Shown here: positions 29,129-39,223 of the stretch, piece after piece
Position numbering within the stretch: the stretch's first letter is position 1
How the letters are laid out: every line of letters begins with the position of its first letter
Assembly: GCA_024405635.1 (NCBI GenBank)
Contig: JAKSOL010000007.1
Coordinates: 1-64,000, forward strand
Source: Salinivirgaceae bacterium
GTDB lineage: Bacteria > Bacteroidota > Bacteroidia > Bacteroidales > SZUA-534
Direction of reading: 5' to 3'
DNA: 64,000 nt
Notes under the pieces: model-generated
What the model saw: only the letters and a program-made list of their open reading frames with translations
Told to the model about the DNA's origin: nothing
The model's database searches: none
Made by a program: the position numbers and the translations under genes

Positions 29129-29625
29129 AAATTAAACATGTAATTCTATTTCTAATTCTAACTTTTGACATTGCTCCCCTTTATGGTCAAATACAAATAG
29201 ATACGATAATCGTTAAATATTATAACGTATTCACAGAAAAGGAAGAAACCATTTGCAATTACCAATTAACAAATGGGACTAACGATGATTACTTAACATG
29301 GGTATCACTCGACCCTAAAAGTGGGAAGTCCAACAAGGATTTGGTATATGATTATTTTAAAAAGGCAAAAGGTGATTATAGTTATATTAATTTAATGTTT
29401 GAAGGAATTCTTGATACATTACCATTATGCATAGGAACAACTTTTGTAAAACAACTTAAATCTGGAGAAAAGTTTTCATATCTCGTAACAATGAGAAATG
29501 CTGAATTGGAAATGTATAGTGAAAGGATAGTGGTCATGAGAAAAAAAGAAATTAAAAAATATTTAAGAGTTGATATAGACGAAAAATACCTTTTCCAAGG
29601 TGCGAATATTTTGCTAACGAACTAA
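29125..29625 (+). CDS. Putative immunity protein, signal peptide
   Basis: MKIKHVILFLIL..LYGQ; overlaps the tip 5 stop. Confidence 0.62.
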   Translation: MKIKHVILFLILTFDIAPLYGQIQIDTIIVKYYNVFTEKEETICNYQLTNGTNDDYLTWVSLDPKSGKSNKDLVYDYFKKAKGDYSYINLMFEGILDTLPLCIGTTFVKQLKSGEKFSYLVTMRNAELEMYSERIVVMRKKEIKKYLRVDIDEKYLFQGANILLTN

Positions 29626-29652
29626 TTATAATACTCACCCATTAAAATTAGT

Positions 29653-29732
29653 CCCCAACCCCGCCATGAAAACCACCAACAACCGCTACCGCTACAACAG
29701 CAAAGAGCAACTCACCGAGGTTGAAGCCATTG
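29653..29732 (+). pseudogene. Truncated sixth Rhs core fragment (no toxin tip)
   Basis: ccccaaccccgccATGaaaaccacc...gaagccattg, then diverges and stops within a few codons. Confidence 0.85.
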
Positions 29733-29787
29733 TTGGATTTAGGATAAAAGTAGTATCCAAAATTTTGTTTTTTACTTGTTTACAATA

Positions 29788-29849
29788 CATCAACTTCTAG
29801 CTTGGCAGAAACATCAGCAATTTAAAATCTCTTGTTTTCGATTAATGCA
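29788..29849 (+). repeat. Island boundary repeat B (right copy)
   Basis: Matches 14490-14551. Confidence 0.9.
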
Positions 29850-29929
29850 TCGCGGGTATTAATTATTATGATTTGTGTAGGTGCAAAAGTCACTTCCCAA
29901 AATCGATTTTTTGAGTGTTACCAACAATT

Positions 29930-29992
29930 TGCGCGTTTTGGACTTTTGTCAATTAGTAAAACACGTACATTTTTATTGCCGTAAATCGTTGG
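29930..29992 (+). repeat. Island boundary repeat A (right copy)
   Basis: Matches 14402-14464. Confidence 0.9.
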
Positions 29993-30222
29993 CAGTTGTG
30001 CGTTCGACGGCATTTTTATACGAGTAAAACGTACTGCCAACCAAAATAGGCTTGTAAAGGAGCAGAGTAGTGCAAACTACCTTCAAAGTGGCGTTATTGC
30101 TCAGTGTTAGCCAAATTTCAGAGACCAAAATCAACGTTTTTGCTCCTACAAGAAACACGTAGTTTGCTGCAAATAGCGGCCAATGCGAAATACACGTATA
30201 TCACTATAAATAGGTACCCCTC

Positions 30223-30230
30223 TACATTTG
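30223..30230 (+). promoter_or_regulatory. Bacteroidota -7 element (TAcaTTTG) for the dapF/nitrogen cluster
   Basis: tacatttg ends 25 nt upstream of the dapF ATG. Confidence 0.62.
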
Positions 30231-30255
30231 TTCTCGTTAAAAACATAAAACAAGT

Positions 30256-31107
30256 ATGGCAACAATTGAATTCACCAAAATGCACGGAGCAGGCAACGAT
30301 TACATTTACGTTGACACCACCCGTTTTGCAATAGCCAACCCAAGCGCAACATCAATTGTGTGGAGCGATCGACACAAAGGCATTGGCGGCGATGGTCTTG
30401 TGCTGATTGGTAAGTCTGATGTTGCCGATTTTAGCATGCGCATTTTTAATGCCGATGGCTCAGAAGCTCAAATGTGCGGAAACGCAAGCCGATGCATTGG
30501 CCGATATGTTTACGAGCATGGTTTAACAACCAAAACAGAGTTTACACTACAAACAGGAGCAGGCATTAAAACCATAAAACTAAACCTTAGCAACGGCAAG
30601 GTTGACAGCGTGAGTGTGAACATGGGCAAACCAATGTTGCACAGCGCTCAACAATTTGCAGGCGAAACAGCTGAGCAAATTGCAGCAAACTCGCTTGCCA
30701 CTTATCCAGTTACAGTTGATGGCCGCACCTTCAACGGCAGGTTTGTATCAATGGGCAACCCACACTTTGTGATTTTTGTTGACGACATTGCTACACTTGA
30801 CATTAGCCACTACGGCCCAATGATTGAAACCAACAGCGTGTTTCCTCAAAAAGTGAATGTGGAGTTTGCACAAGTGATTGACGACCAAACCATACGCATG
30901 CGAGTGTGGGAACGTGGAAGTGGCATTACATGGGCTTGCGGAACTGGAGCTTGCGCCACAGCAACTGCATCAATAGTGTTGATGCAACGCGCTAGCCGCC
31001 AAGTGATTAAAATGGACGGCGGCGATGTTACTATTGATTGGGGCGGCGACGAACTAACCATGACCGGTCCTGCCACCGAAGTATTTACCGGAACAATTGA
31101 TGAATAA
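30256..31107 (+). CDS. dapF: Diaminopimelate epimerase
   Basis: [45 protein letters not shown]. Confidence 0.95.
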   Translation: MATIEFTKMHGAGNDYIYVDTTRFAIANPSATSIVWSDRHKGIGGDGLVLIGKSDVADFSMRIFNADGSEAQMCGNASRCIGRYVYEHGLTTKTEFTLQTGAGIKTIKLNLSNGKVDSVSVNMGKPMLHSAQQFAGETAEQIAANSLATYPVTVDGRTFNGRFVSMGNPHFVIFVDDIATLDISHYGPMIETNSVFPQKVNVEFAQVIDDQTIRMRVWERGSGITWACGTGACATATASIVLMQRASRQVIKMDGGDVTIDWGGDELTMTGPATEVFTGTIDE

Positions 31108-31124
31108 ATAAAACTAAAAGCAAA

Positions 31125-32354
31125 ATGGCTACACTAAACGAAAACTTTTTGAAACTACAGAGCAACTACTTGTTTGCCGACATTGCAAAGCGAGTAAAAG
31201 CATTTAAGGCGCAAAATCCCGATGCAAAAGTTATATCGCTTGGCATTGGCGACGTTACACAACCAATTTGCGACGCATCGCTTGCAGCTATGCACAAGGC
31301 AGTTGACGATTTAGCTCAAAAGCAATCGTTTCGTGGTTACGGACCAGAACAAGGCTACGATTTTTTAATTGAGGCAATTATAAAAAACGACTACGAACCA
31401 CGTGGTGTTCAACTAAAAACAACCGAAGTGTTTGTAAGCGACGGTGCTAAAAGCGACACCGGCAACATTGGCGACATTTTTGGCACCGACAACAAAATTG
31501 CCGTTACCGACCCTGTTTATCCTGTTTACATCGACACCAACGCAATGGCAGGCCGCACTGGTATTAACGTAGGCGGTTTGTGGACAAACATTGTTTACTT
31601 GCCTTGCACCGAAGAAAACAACTTCCTTCCAAAGTTGCCTCACGTGCCAGTTGACATTGTTTACCTATGCTACCCAAACAACCCAAGCGGAACGGTGATG
31701 AAGAAAACCGAACTAAAAAAATGGGTTGACTACGCCATTGCAAACCAAGTGATTATTATGTACGATGCTGCATACGAGGCATTTATTCGCGACGAAGAAG
31801 TAGCACATAGCATTTACGAAATAGAGGGTGCTAAAAAGGTGGCAATTGAATTCCGCAGCTACTCAAAAACTGCAGGTTTTACAGGCGTTCGTTGCGGCTA
31901 CACAGTTGTACCCGAAGAACTTACAGTGATTGCCGAAAACGGCGAACGTGTTCAACTAAACAAATTGTGGAACCGTCGCCAATGCACCAAATTCAACGGA
32001 GCATCTTACATATCGCAACGTGGTGCTGAGGCCATTTACACACCAGAAGGCAAGGCTCAAACTCGTGCCACAATTGACTACTACTTGGCAAACGCCATGT
32101 ATTTAAAAACCGAATTGCAAAAAATGGGCTACACCGTTTATGGTGGCGACAACGCTCCTTATTTGTGGGTTAAAACTCCAAACGGAATGAAATCGTGGGA
32201 TTTTTTCGACCTGCTGCTTAACAAAGCACATTTGGTTGGAACTCCGGGCGTTGGTTTTGGCCCAAGTGGCGAAGGTTATATCAGATTTACAGCCTTTGGC
32301 GAAAAAGAAAACTACATTGAGGCGGTTAGCCGTCTGCAACAAATTGAATTATAA
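31125..32354 (+). CDS. dapL: LL-diaminopimelate aminotransferase
   Basis: [54 protein letters not shown]. Confidence 0.94.
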   Translation: MATLNENFLKLQSNYLFADIAKRVKAFKAQNPDAKVISLGIGDVTQPICDASLAAMHKAVDDLAQKQSFRGYGPEQGYDFLIEAIIKNDYEPRGVQLKTTEVFVSDGAKSDTGNIGDIFGTDNKIAVTDPVYPVYIDTNAMAGRTGINVGGLWTNIVYLPCTEENNFLPKLPHVPVDIVYLCYPNNPSGTVMKKTELKKWVDYAIANQVIIMYDAAYEAFIRDEEVAHSIYEIEGAKKVAIEFRSYSKTAGFTGVRCGYTVVPEELTVIAENGERVQLNKLWNRRQCTKFNGASYISQRGAEAIYTPEGKAQTRATIDYYLANAMYLKTELQKMGYTVYGGDNAPYLWVKTPNGMKSWDFFDLLLNKAHLVGTPGVGFGPSGEGYIRFTAFGEKENYIEAVSRLQQIEL

Positions 32355-32380
32355 AAGTTTAACCATAAAATTTTACTATT

Positions 32381-34570
32381 ATGTCAACCTTACGATTCCA
32401 AGTGATTGGCGAAGCTTTTAAAAAGCAACCACTTGAAGTGGAAATGCCAACAAAACGACCTGAGGAGTATTTTGGAGTAAACGTGTTTAACAAAGCAAAC
32501 ATGTTCAAATATCTGCCTGGTGATGTTTATGCAAAAATGGTAGATGTTATGGAAAACGGCGCAACAATGGAGCGCTCGTTGGCCGACAAAGTGGCCATTG
32601 GTATGAAAAAATGGGCCATGGATTTGGGAGCAACTCACTACACACACTGGTTCCACCCATTGACCGACACCACAGCCGAAAAACACGATGCTTTTATTGA
32701 GCACAATGGCAAAGGTGGTGTTCTTGAAGAATTTGAAGGCAAACTTCTAGCCCAACAAGAACCCGATGCTAGCTCGTTCCCTAGTGGCGGTATCCGTGCA
32801 ACTTTTGAGGCTCGCGGTTACAGTGCATGGGATCCAACTTCGCCTGCTTTTGTTATGGACGACACCCTTTGCATCCCAACAATCTTTGTATCATATACTG
32901 GCGAATCGCTTGACTATAAAGCTCCACTTATCAAAGCTCTTCATGCTGTTGATAAAGCTGCTGTTGACGTTTGCCACTACTTCGATTCAGCTGTTAAAAA
33001 AGTGTACTCGTACCTTGGTTGGGAGCAAGAATACTTTTTGGTTGACGAAGGTTTGTATGCCGCTCGTCCCGACTTGCTAATGAGCGGCCGTACTCTTATG
33101 GGACACGGCTCAGCAAAAGACCAACAACTTGAAGACCACTACTTTGGCGCCATTCCAGAGCGCGTGCAAGCCTTTATGAAAGACCTTGAAGTAGAGGCAA
33201 TGAAACTTGGTATTCCTGCCAAAACACGTCACAACGAGGTTGCACCAAACCAATTTGAGTTGGCTCCAATTTTTGAAGAAACCAACCTTGCTTGCGACCA
33301 TAACATGTTGGTAATGACCTTGATGAAGAAAATTGCCCGCAAACACGGATTCCGTTGCTTGTTGCACGAAAAACCATTTGCAGGAGTAAATGGTAGCGGC
33401 AAACACAACAACTGGTCGTTGGGTACCGACAATGGTCACCGCCTAATGTCGCCCGGAAAAACAACCGAGGAAAACCTAATGTTTGTAACATTTGTGGTTA
33501 ACACTTTGGCTGCCGTTTATCGTCACAACGGATTGCTAAAAGCCAGCATCATGAGTGCAACCAACGCACACCGTTTGGGCGGCAACGAGGCTCCACCGGC
33601 AATCATCTCAAGTTTCCTAGGCAAACAATTATCCGATTTGCTCGACTCACTTGAAAACTCATCGAGTGACGACCTTTTCAAAATTGCAGGCAAAGCAGGC
33701 AAAAAAATGCTTGACATGCCTCAAATTCCAGAATTGCTTATCGACAACACCGACCGCAACCGCACATCGCCATTTGCATTCACAGGCAACCGTTTTGAGT
33801 TCCGTGCAGTTGGTTCAGAGGCAAACTGCGCTAGCGCAATGATTGCACTTAACACCGCAGTTGCTGAGCAATTGGTTGACTTTAAGGCCGCTGTTGATGC
33901 TCTTATTGCAGGCGGAATGGACAAGAAAGAGGCTATTATTAAAGAAGTTCAACGCTTGATTAAGTTCTGCAAACCTGTTCGCTTTGACGGCAACGGCTAC
34001 TCTGACGAGTGGAAAGCTGAGGCTGCTAAACGTGGTTTGGACTGCGAAACTTGCCCTCCAAAAATTTTCCAACACTACACTTGCGAACACAGCGTTAAGA
34101 TGTATGAAAAAGTTGGTGTAATGACCAAAGCCGAACTTGAGGCTCGCAACGAAATTAAATGGGAAACCTACACCAAGAAAGTGCAAATTGAGGCTCGCAT
34201 CTTTGGCGATATGGCTATTAACCACATTATTCCAGTTGCTACAGCTTACCAAAGCCAACTTATCGACAATGTGTACAAAATGAAAGGTATTCTTGGCGAC
34301 GAAGGCGAAAAACTTTCGGCTAGCAACATTGAGTTGATTAAGAAAATTGCTGGTCACGTTCGCGAAATTGAAGAGGGCGTAACCGCTTTGACCAACGCTC
34401 GCAAGGTTGCTAACAAACTTACAAGCGAGTTTGAAAAAGCTATGGCTTACTACGAAACTGTAGTTCCAAAAATGGATGCCATTCGCTATCACATTGACAA
34501 ACTAGAGGAAGTGATTGACAACACTCTTTGGCCATTGCCAAAATATCGCGAGTTGTTGTTCATTCGATAA
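32381..34570 (+). CDS. glnA: Glutamine synthetase type III
   Basis: THYTHWFHPLT, EPDASSFP, TRHNEVAPNQFE, HEKPFAGVNGSGKH, DRNRTSPFAFTGNRFEFR, WPLPKYRELLF. Confidence 0.95.
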   Translation: MSTLRFQVIGEAFKKQPLEVEMPTKRPEEYFGVNVFNKANMFKYLPGDVYAKMVDVMENGATMERSLADKVAIGMKKWAMDLGATHYTHWFHPLTDTTAEKHDAFIEHNGKGGVLEEFEGKLLAQQEPDASSFPSGGIRATFEARGYSAWDPTSPAFVMDDTLCIPTIFVSYTGESLDYKAPLIKALHAVDKAAVDVCHYFDSAVKKVYSYLGWEQEYFLVDEGLYAARPDLLMSGRTLMGHGSAKDQQLEDHYFGAIPERVQAFMKDLEVEAMKLGIPAKTRHNEVAPNQFELAPIFEETNLACDHNMLVMTLMKKIARKHGFRCLLHEKPFAGVNGSGKHNNWSLGTDNGHRLMSPGKTTEENLMFVTFVVNTLAAVYRHNGLLKASIMSATNAHRLGGNEAPPAIISSFLGKQLSDLLDSLENSSSDDLFKIAGKAGKKMLDMPQIPELLIDNTDRNRTSPFAFTGNRFEFRAVGSEANCASAMIALNTAVAEQLVDFKAAVDALIAGGMDKKEAIIKEVQRLIKFCKPVRFDGNGYSDEWKAEAAKRGLDCETCPPKIFQHYTCEHSVKMYEKVGVMTKAELEARNEIKWETYTKKVQIEARIFGDMAINHIIPVATAYQSQLIDNVYKMKGILGDEGEKLSASNIELIKKIAGHVREIEEGVTALTNARKVANKLTSEFEKAMAYYETVVPKMDAIRYHIDKLEEVIDNTLWPLPKYRELLFIR

Positions 34571-34582
34571 CTTACTGATTTT

Positions 34583-34622
34583 AAGAACCAAAGACCAAGG
34601 AAACGGATGGTCTTTGGTTCTT
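34583..34622 (+). other. Strong intergenic hairpin after glnA (stabiliser, processing site or terminator)
   Basis: aagaaccaaagacca/tggtctttggttctt, 15-bp perfect stem. Confidence 0.65.
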
Positions 34623-34714
34623 TAAAAAACAACAAAAAGCATTTGCCCAAACAGGGTGAAAGGCCCTTGTTATTCGCAAAACGAACGATTTAGAAATAAA
34701 AAACTGATACTGAA

Positions 34715-37700
34715 ATGGAAACAGAAATCCAACAAAGAGTACAACAAACTGTAGGTTTGTATTCGCCAGAAAATGAGCACGATGCTTGCGGCGTTGGAAT
34801 GGTTGTGAACATTCACGGCAACAAGAGCCACGAACTAGTCGATTCGGCTCTAAAAGTACTTGAAAACATGCGCCACCGTGGTGCCGAAGGTTCTGACGGA
34901 AAGTCGGGCGACGGCGCTGGCATTATGGTGCAAATTCCTCACGAGTTTATCCTTTTGAAAGGTATTCCTGTGCCTGAAAAAGGAAAATACGGAACCGGAC
35001 TTGTGTTTTTGCCAAAAGACAAAACAGAGCAAGATCGTATTTTGAAAATAATGATTGAAGTGATTGAGAGCGAAGGTCTTACATTGATGAAACTACGCGA
35101 TGTGCCTACCAATCCTTCATGCTTGGGCGAGGTTGCTTTGCAATCAGAACCCGATGTTAAGCAAGTTTTCATCACTGGCATTTCAAACGAGGAAGCTCCA
35201 AATCTCGACCGCAAACTTTACGTTATTCGTCGCAAGATTGAAAATCAAGTAACAAACAAGGATTTTTACATTGTTTCCCTTTCAAGCAAAAGCATTGTTT
35301 ACAAAGGTATGCTTGCCAGCCAACAGGTTCGCGAGTACTTTGACGACCTTCGCGACAGCTACTTTACTTCGGGAATGGCTTTGGTTCACTCTCGTTTTTC
35401 AACCAACACATTCCCAACTTGGTCGCTTGCACAACCTTTCCGTTTGCTTTGCCACAACGGCGAGATAAACACAGTGCGCGGCAACCGCAACTGGATGAAA
35501 GCCCGCGAGAGCGTGCTAAACTCTGGCATGCTTGGCAACATTAGCGACATTCGTCCAATTGTTCAACCAAACATGAGCGACTCGGCATCGCTCGACAACG
35601 TGCTCGAATTCTTTGTAATGTCGGGCTTGAGCTTGCCTCACGCAATGGCGTTGTTGGTGCCAGAATCGTTTAACGACAAAAACCCAATTACCGAAGACTT
35701 GAAGGCCTTTTATGAGTACCACTCAATTTTGATGGAACCATGGGACGGTCCTGCTGCTTTGTTGTTCTCCGATGGCCGTTATGTTGGCGGTATGTTGGAT
35801 CGCAACGGTTTGCGCCCTTCGCGTTACCTTATTACCAACAACGACATGATGGTAGTAGCCAGCGAGGTTGGCGTGCTCGACTTTAACCCAAGCCAAATAC
35901 GCCAAAAAGGTCGTCTTGAACCTGGCAAAATTCTTATGGTTGATACCGAAGAGGGTCGCATTTACTACGATGGCGAACTTAAAAAACAACTTGCCACCGA
36001 GCACCCTTACCAACAATGGCTATCGACCAACCGCATCGAACTTGAAAAACTGAAAAGCGGCCGCCACGTTAGCAACTCGGTTGCAAACTACAACAGCAAG
36101 TTGCTCAACTTTGGTTTTGCTAAAGAAGATATTCAGAAAACTATTATACCTATGGCCATTAACGGATCGGAGCCTGTTGCTTCAATGGGTAACGACACTC
36201 CGTTGGCTGTTATTTCCGATCGTCCACAAATATTTTTCAACTACTTCCGCCAACAATTTGCGCAAGTAACCAACCCTGCTATCGACCCAATTCGCGAGGA
36301 GTTGGTAATGTCGCTTACCGAGTACATTGGTTGTGTGGGACACGGAATTCTTACTCCTGACGAGAGCAACTGCAAAATGGTGCGTTTGCCTCACCCAATT
36401 TTAACAAACTCGCAACTCGATATTCTTTGCAACATTCGCTACAAAGGTTTTTTCACCACAAAATTGCCAATGTTGTTTGAGGTAAGCCGCGGCGAAGACG
36501 GACTAAAAGATGCCCTTGACAAGCTTTGCAAAGAGGCTGAGGCTTGCGTTGACAAAGGCGTTAACTACATTATTTTGAGCGACCGCGATGTTGACGATGC
36601 TCACGCTGTTATTCCATCGTTGTTGGCTGTTTCGGCTGTTCACCATTACCTTATCTCGGTTGGCAAGCGCGTACAAACTGCCTTGGTGGTTGAGAGTGGC
36701 GAAATTCGCGAGGTGATGCACGCTGCACTTTTGTTAGGCTACGGCGCTTCTGCTTTGAACCCTTACATGACCTTTGCTGTGCTCGATAAATTGGTTGCAA
36801 ATCACGAGATTCAAGAAGACTACGAAACTGCTGAGCATAACTACATTAAAGCAGTTTGCAAAGGTTTGTACAAGATTATGTCGAAAATGGGTATTTCAAC
36901 CATTCGCTCGTACCGCGGTGCCAAGATTTTTGAGAGCATCGGCTTGAGCGAGAGCTTGTTGCGTACTTATTTCGGTACCGAAATATCAACCATTGGCGGT
37001 ATTGGCCTAAAACACATTGCTGCCGATGCCATTCGCCTTCACAAAGAGGCTATGGCTGCCACCGACGATATGGAACTTCAAGACACTGGCTTGTTCTCGT
37101 ATCGCAAAGACGGCATTGCTCACGCTTGGAACCCTGAAACCATTTCGACTTTGCAAATTGCTACTCACACTGGCAGTTACAAAAAGTACAAAGAGTACAC
37201 AAACTACGTTGACAACAAAGAGCAACCTATTTTTATTCGCGACTTTTTGGACTTTAAGCGTGCTGCAAAACCAATTTCGATTGACGAGGTTGAGCCTGTT
37301 GAGAGCATTGTAAAACACTTTGTTACAGGTGCAATGTCGTTTGGAGCATTGTCAATTGAGGCTCACGAGGCTTTGGCTCTTGCAATGAACAAACTTGGCG
37401 CTCGTAGCAACACTGGCGAGGGCGGCGAGGACAACACACGCTACTATTCGCAAGTTGATGGAGTTTCGCTATCGTCAAAAACAAAACAAATTGCATCGGG
37501 CCGTTTTGGTGTTACTGCCGAGTATTTGGTTAATGCCGAAGAGATTCAAATTAAAGTTGCTCAAGGTGCAAAACCGGGCGAGGGTGGTCAACTTCCTGGC
37601 TACAAGGTAAACGAGATTATTGCCAAGACTCGTAACTCAATTCCTGGCATTTCGCTTATCTCGCCTCCGCCTCATCACGATATTTACTCAATTGAGGATC

Positions 37701-39223
37701 TTGCTCAATTGATTTTCGACCTTAAAAACGTAAACCCAACAGCTGCAGTGAGCGTTAAGTTGGTAGCCGAAAGTGGAGTAGGCACCATTGCTGCAGGTGT
37801 GGCAAAAGCCAATGCCGATTTAATTGTTATTTCGGGAGCTGAGGGTGGAACCGGTGCATCGCCAGTATCGTCGATGCGTTTTGCTGGAGTGTCGCCAGAG
37901 ATTGGTCTTGCCGAAACTCAACAAACTTTGGTTTTGAACGGTTTGCGTGGTCGTGTTCGTTTGCAAACCGACGGTCAACTTAAAGATGGCCGCGACGTTA
38001 TACTAACCGCAATACTTGGTGCCGACGAGTTTAGCTTTGGTACTTTGCCACTTATTGTATTGGGTTGCGTAATGATGCGCAAGTGTAGCTCAAACACATG
38101 CCCTGTTGGTGTGGCTACTCAAGACCCAGCACTTCGTGCTCGTTTCCGTGGCCGTAGCGAGTATGTGGTTAACTTCTTCACTTTCCTTGCACAAGAAGTT
38201 CGCGAGTATTTGGCCGAAATGGGATTCACTAAACTTGACGACATTATTGGTCGCACCGATTTGATTCAGGTTAAACCAATTGCCGACCAAGCTAGCAAAC
38301 CTGCAACTCTTGATTTTGCTCGTTTACTTACCCGCATCAACAGCAAAGAGAGCATTTGTTGGGACAAACGACCTTACACCAAGGTTGTTGGCGTAAAGGA
38401 TATGGATATAATTGCTCAATGCCAACCAGCTATTGAAAACAAACAAACTGTTGACCTTGAATATGCAATTAAAAACACCGATCGTGCTTGCGGTACAATG
38501 CTATCGGGTGCCATTGCCAAAAAGTATGGCGAGGCTGGTTTGCCCGATGGAACTATCAACATTAAGTTCAAAGGCTCGGCTGGTCAATCGTTTGGCGCAT
38601 TCTTAACCAAAGGTGTTGAGTTTAAACTTGAAGGCGAAACCAACGACTACTTTGGTAAAGGCCTTTCGGGCGGTCGCATTGCCATTATGCCTCCAATTAA
38701 GAGCAACTTTGTAGCCGAAGACAACATTATTGCCGGCAACACTGGTTTGTATGGAGCCACCACCGGCGAGGTGTTTGTAAATGGTCGTGTGGGCGAACGT
38801 TTTGCAGTTCGTAACTCGGGTGCCATTGCAGTTGTTGAGGGCGCTGGCGACCACTGCTGCGAGTACATGACTGGCGGTCGTGTGGTTGTGCTTGGTCAAA
38901 CTGGTCGAAATTTTGCCGCTGGTATGAGTGGCGGTGTGGCTTACGTGTGGGACAAAAATCGCAACTTCGATTTCTTCTGCAACATGGACATGGTTGAGTT
39001 GAGCCTTATCGAAGAGTCGAGCTACCGCAAAGAGTTGCACGAACTTATTACCAAACACTGGCAATACACAGGTTCAAGTCTTGCTCGCACTATGCTCGAC
39101 GATTGGAACCACTACGTTGAAGAATTTATTCAAGTAGTGCCAATTGAGTACAAACGAGTGCTTCAAGAAGAGCAACTACGCAAGTTGCAAAGCAAAATTG
39201 CCGACATTAAATCTGAAGAGTGA
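34715..39223 (+). CDS. gltB: Glutamate synthase large subunit
   Basis: EHDACGVG, HSRFSTNTFP, EPWDGPA, QGAKPGEGGQLPG, CVMMRKC, CCEYMTGG. Confidence 0.97.
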   Translation: METEIQQRVQQTVGLYSPENEHDACGVGMVVNIHGNKSHELVDSALKVLENMRHRGAEGSDGKSGDGAGIMVQIPHEFILLKGIPVPEKGKYGTGLVFLPKDKTEQDRILKIMIEVIESEGLTLMKLRDVPTNPSCLGEVALQSEPDVKQVFITGISNEEAPNLDRKLYVIRRKIENQVTNKDFYIVSLSSKSIVYKGMLASQQVREYFDDLRDSYFTSGMALVHSRFSTNTFPTWSLAQPFRLLCHNGEINTVRGNRNWMKARESVLNSGMLGNISDIRPIVQPNMSDSASLDNVLEFFVMSGLSLPHAMALLVPESFNDKNPITEDLKAFYEYHSILMEPWDGPAALLFSDGRYVGGMLDRNGLRPSRYLITNNDMMVVASEVGVLDFNPSQIRQKGRLEPGKILMVDTEEGRIYYDGELKKQLATEHPYQQWLSTNRIELEKLKSGRHVSNSVANYNSKLLNFGFAKEDIQKTIIPMAINGSEPVASMGNDTPLAVISDRPQIFFNYFRQQFAQVTNPAIDPIREELVMSLTEYIGCVGHGILTPDESNCKMVRLPHPILTNSQLDILCNIRYKGFFTTKLPMLFEVSRGEDGLKDALDKLCKEAEACVDKGVNYIILSDRDVDDAHAVIPSLLAVSAVHHYLISVGKRVQTALVVESGEIREVMHAALLLGYGASALNPYMTFAVLDKLVANHEIQEDYETAEHNYIKAVCKGLYKIMSKMGISTIRSYRGAKIFESIGLSESLLRTYFGTEISTIGGIGLKHIAADAIRLHKEAMAATDDMELQDTGLFSYRKDGIAHAWNPETISTLQIATHTGSYKKYKEYTNYVDNKEQPIFIRDFLDFKRAAKPISIDEVEPVESIVKHFVTGAMSFGALSIEAHEALALAMNKLGARSNTGEGGEDNTRYYSQVDGVSLSSKTKQIASGRFGVTAEYLVNAEEIQIKVAQGAKPGEGGQLPGYKVNEIIAKTRNSIPGISLISPPPHHDIYSIEDLAQLIFDLKNVNPTAAVSVKLVAESGVGTIAAGVAKANADLIVISGAEGGTGASPVSSMRFAGVSPEIGLAETQQTLVLNGLRGRVRLQTDGQLKDGRDVILTAILGADEFSFGTLPLIVLGCVMMRKCSSNTCPVGVATQDPALRARFRGRSEYVVNFFTFLAQEVREYLAEMGFTKLDDIIGRTDLIQVKPIADQASKPATLDFARLLTRINSKESICWDKRPYTKVVGVKDMDIIAQCQPAIENKQTVDLEYAIKNTDRACGTMLSGAIAKKYGEAGLPDGTINIKFKGSAGQSFGAFLTKGVEFKLEGETNDYFGKGLSGGRIAIMPPIKSNFVAEDNIIAGNTGLYGATTGEVFVNGRVGERFAVRNSGAIAVVEGAGDHCCEYMTGGRVVVLGQTGRNFAAGMSGGVAYVWDKNRNFDFFCNMDMVELSLIEESSYRKELHELITKHWQYTGSSLARTMLDDWNHYVEEFIQVVPIEYKRVLQEEQLRKLQSKIADIKSEE

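Larger units (their letters stand above)
14402..29992. mobile_element. AT-rich polymorphic toxin (Rhs) genomic island bounded by nested direct repeats; no integrase seen
   Basis: Visibly more AT-rich with T/A-ending codons than the flanks; repeats A and B at both ends; toxin/immunity cargo. Confidence 0.7.

Noticed and set aside
21411-29732. AAC-rich near-identical repeats suggested a diversity-generating retroelement (TR/VR pair)
   Set aside because: No reverse transcriptase or Avd is in the window. Differences between copies include non-adenine changes (GTC/GCC, TTA/CTA, AAC/AAT), and the repeats are ordinary Rhs core sequence.
22040-29732. Recurring ccgccATGaaaaccaccaccaaccgc repeat separated by unique DNA resembled a CRISPR or integron array
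   Set aside because: The units are coding, variable in length and separated by more than 1 kb of toxin/immunity genes. No cas gene, intI or attC folds are seen.
29775-29850. Minus strand of repeat B gives fragments (CINRKQ / IADVSAKLEVDVL) reminiscent of a small XRE HTH gene
   Set aside because: The fragments are in different frames with stops and no start; too short to support a pseudogene call.
29917-29996. taccaac...gttggca ends of repeat A resemble an integron attC site
   Set aside because: It lacks the unpaired central spacer and L-box pattern, occurs only at the island edge rather than between cassettes, and no integrase is present.
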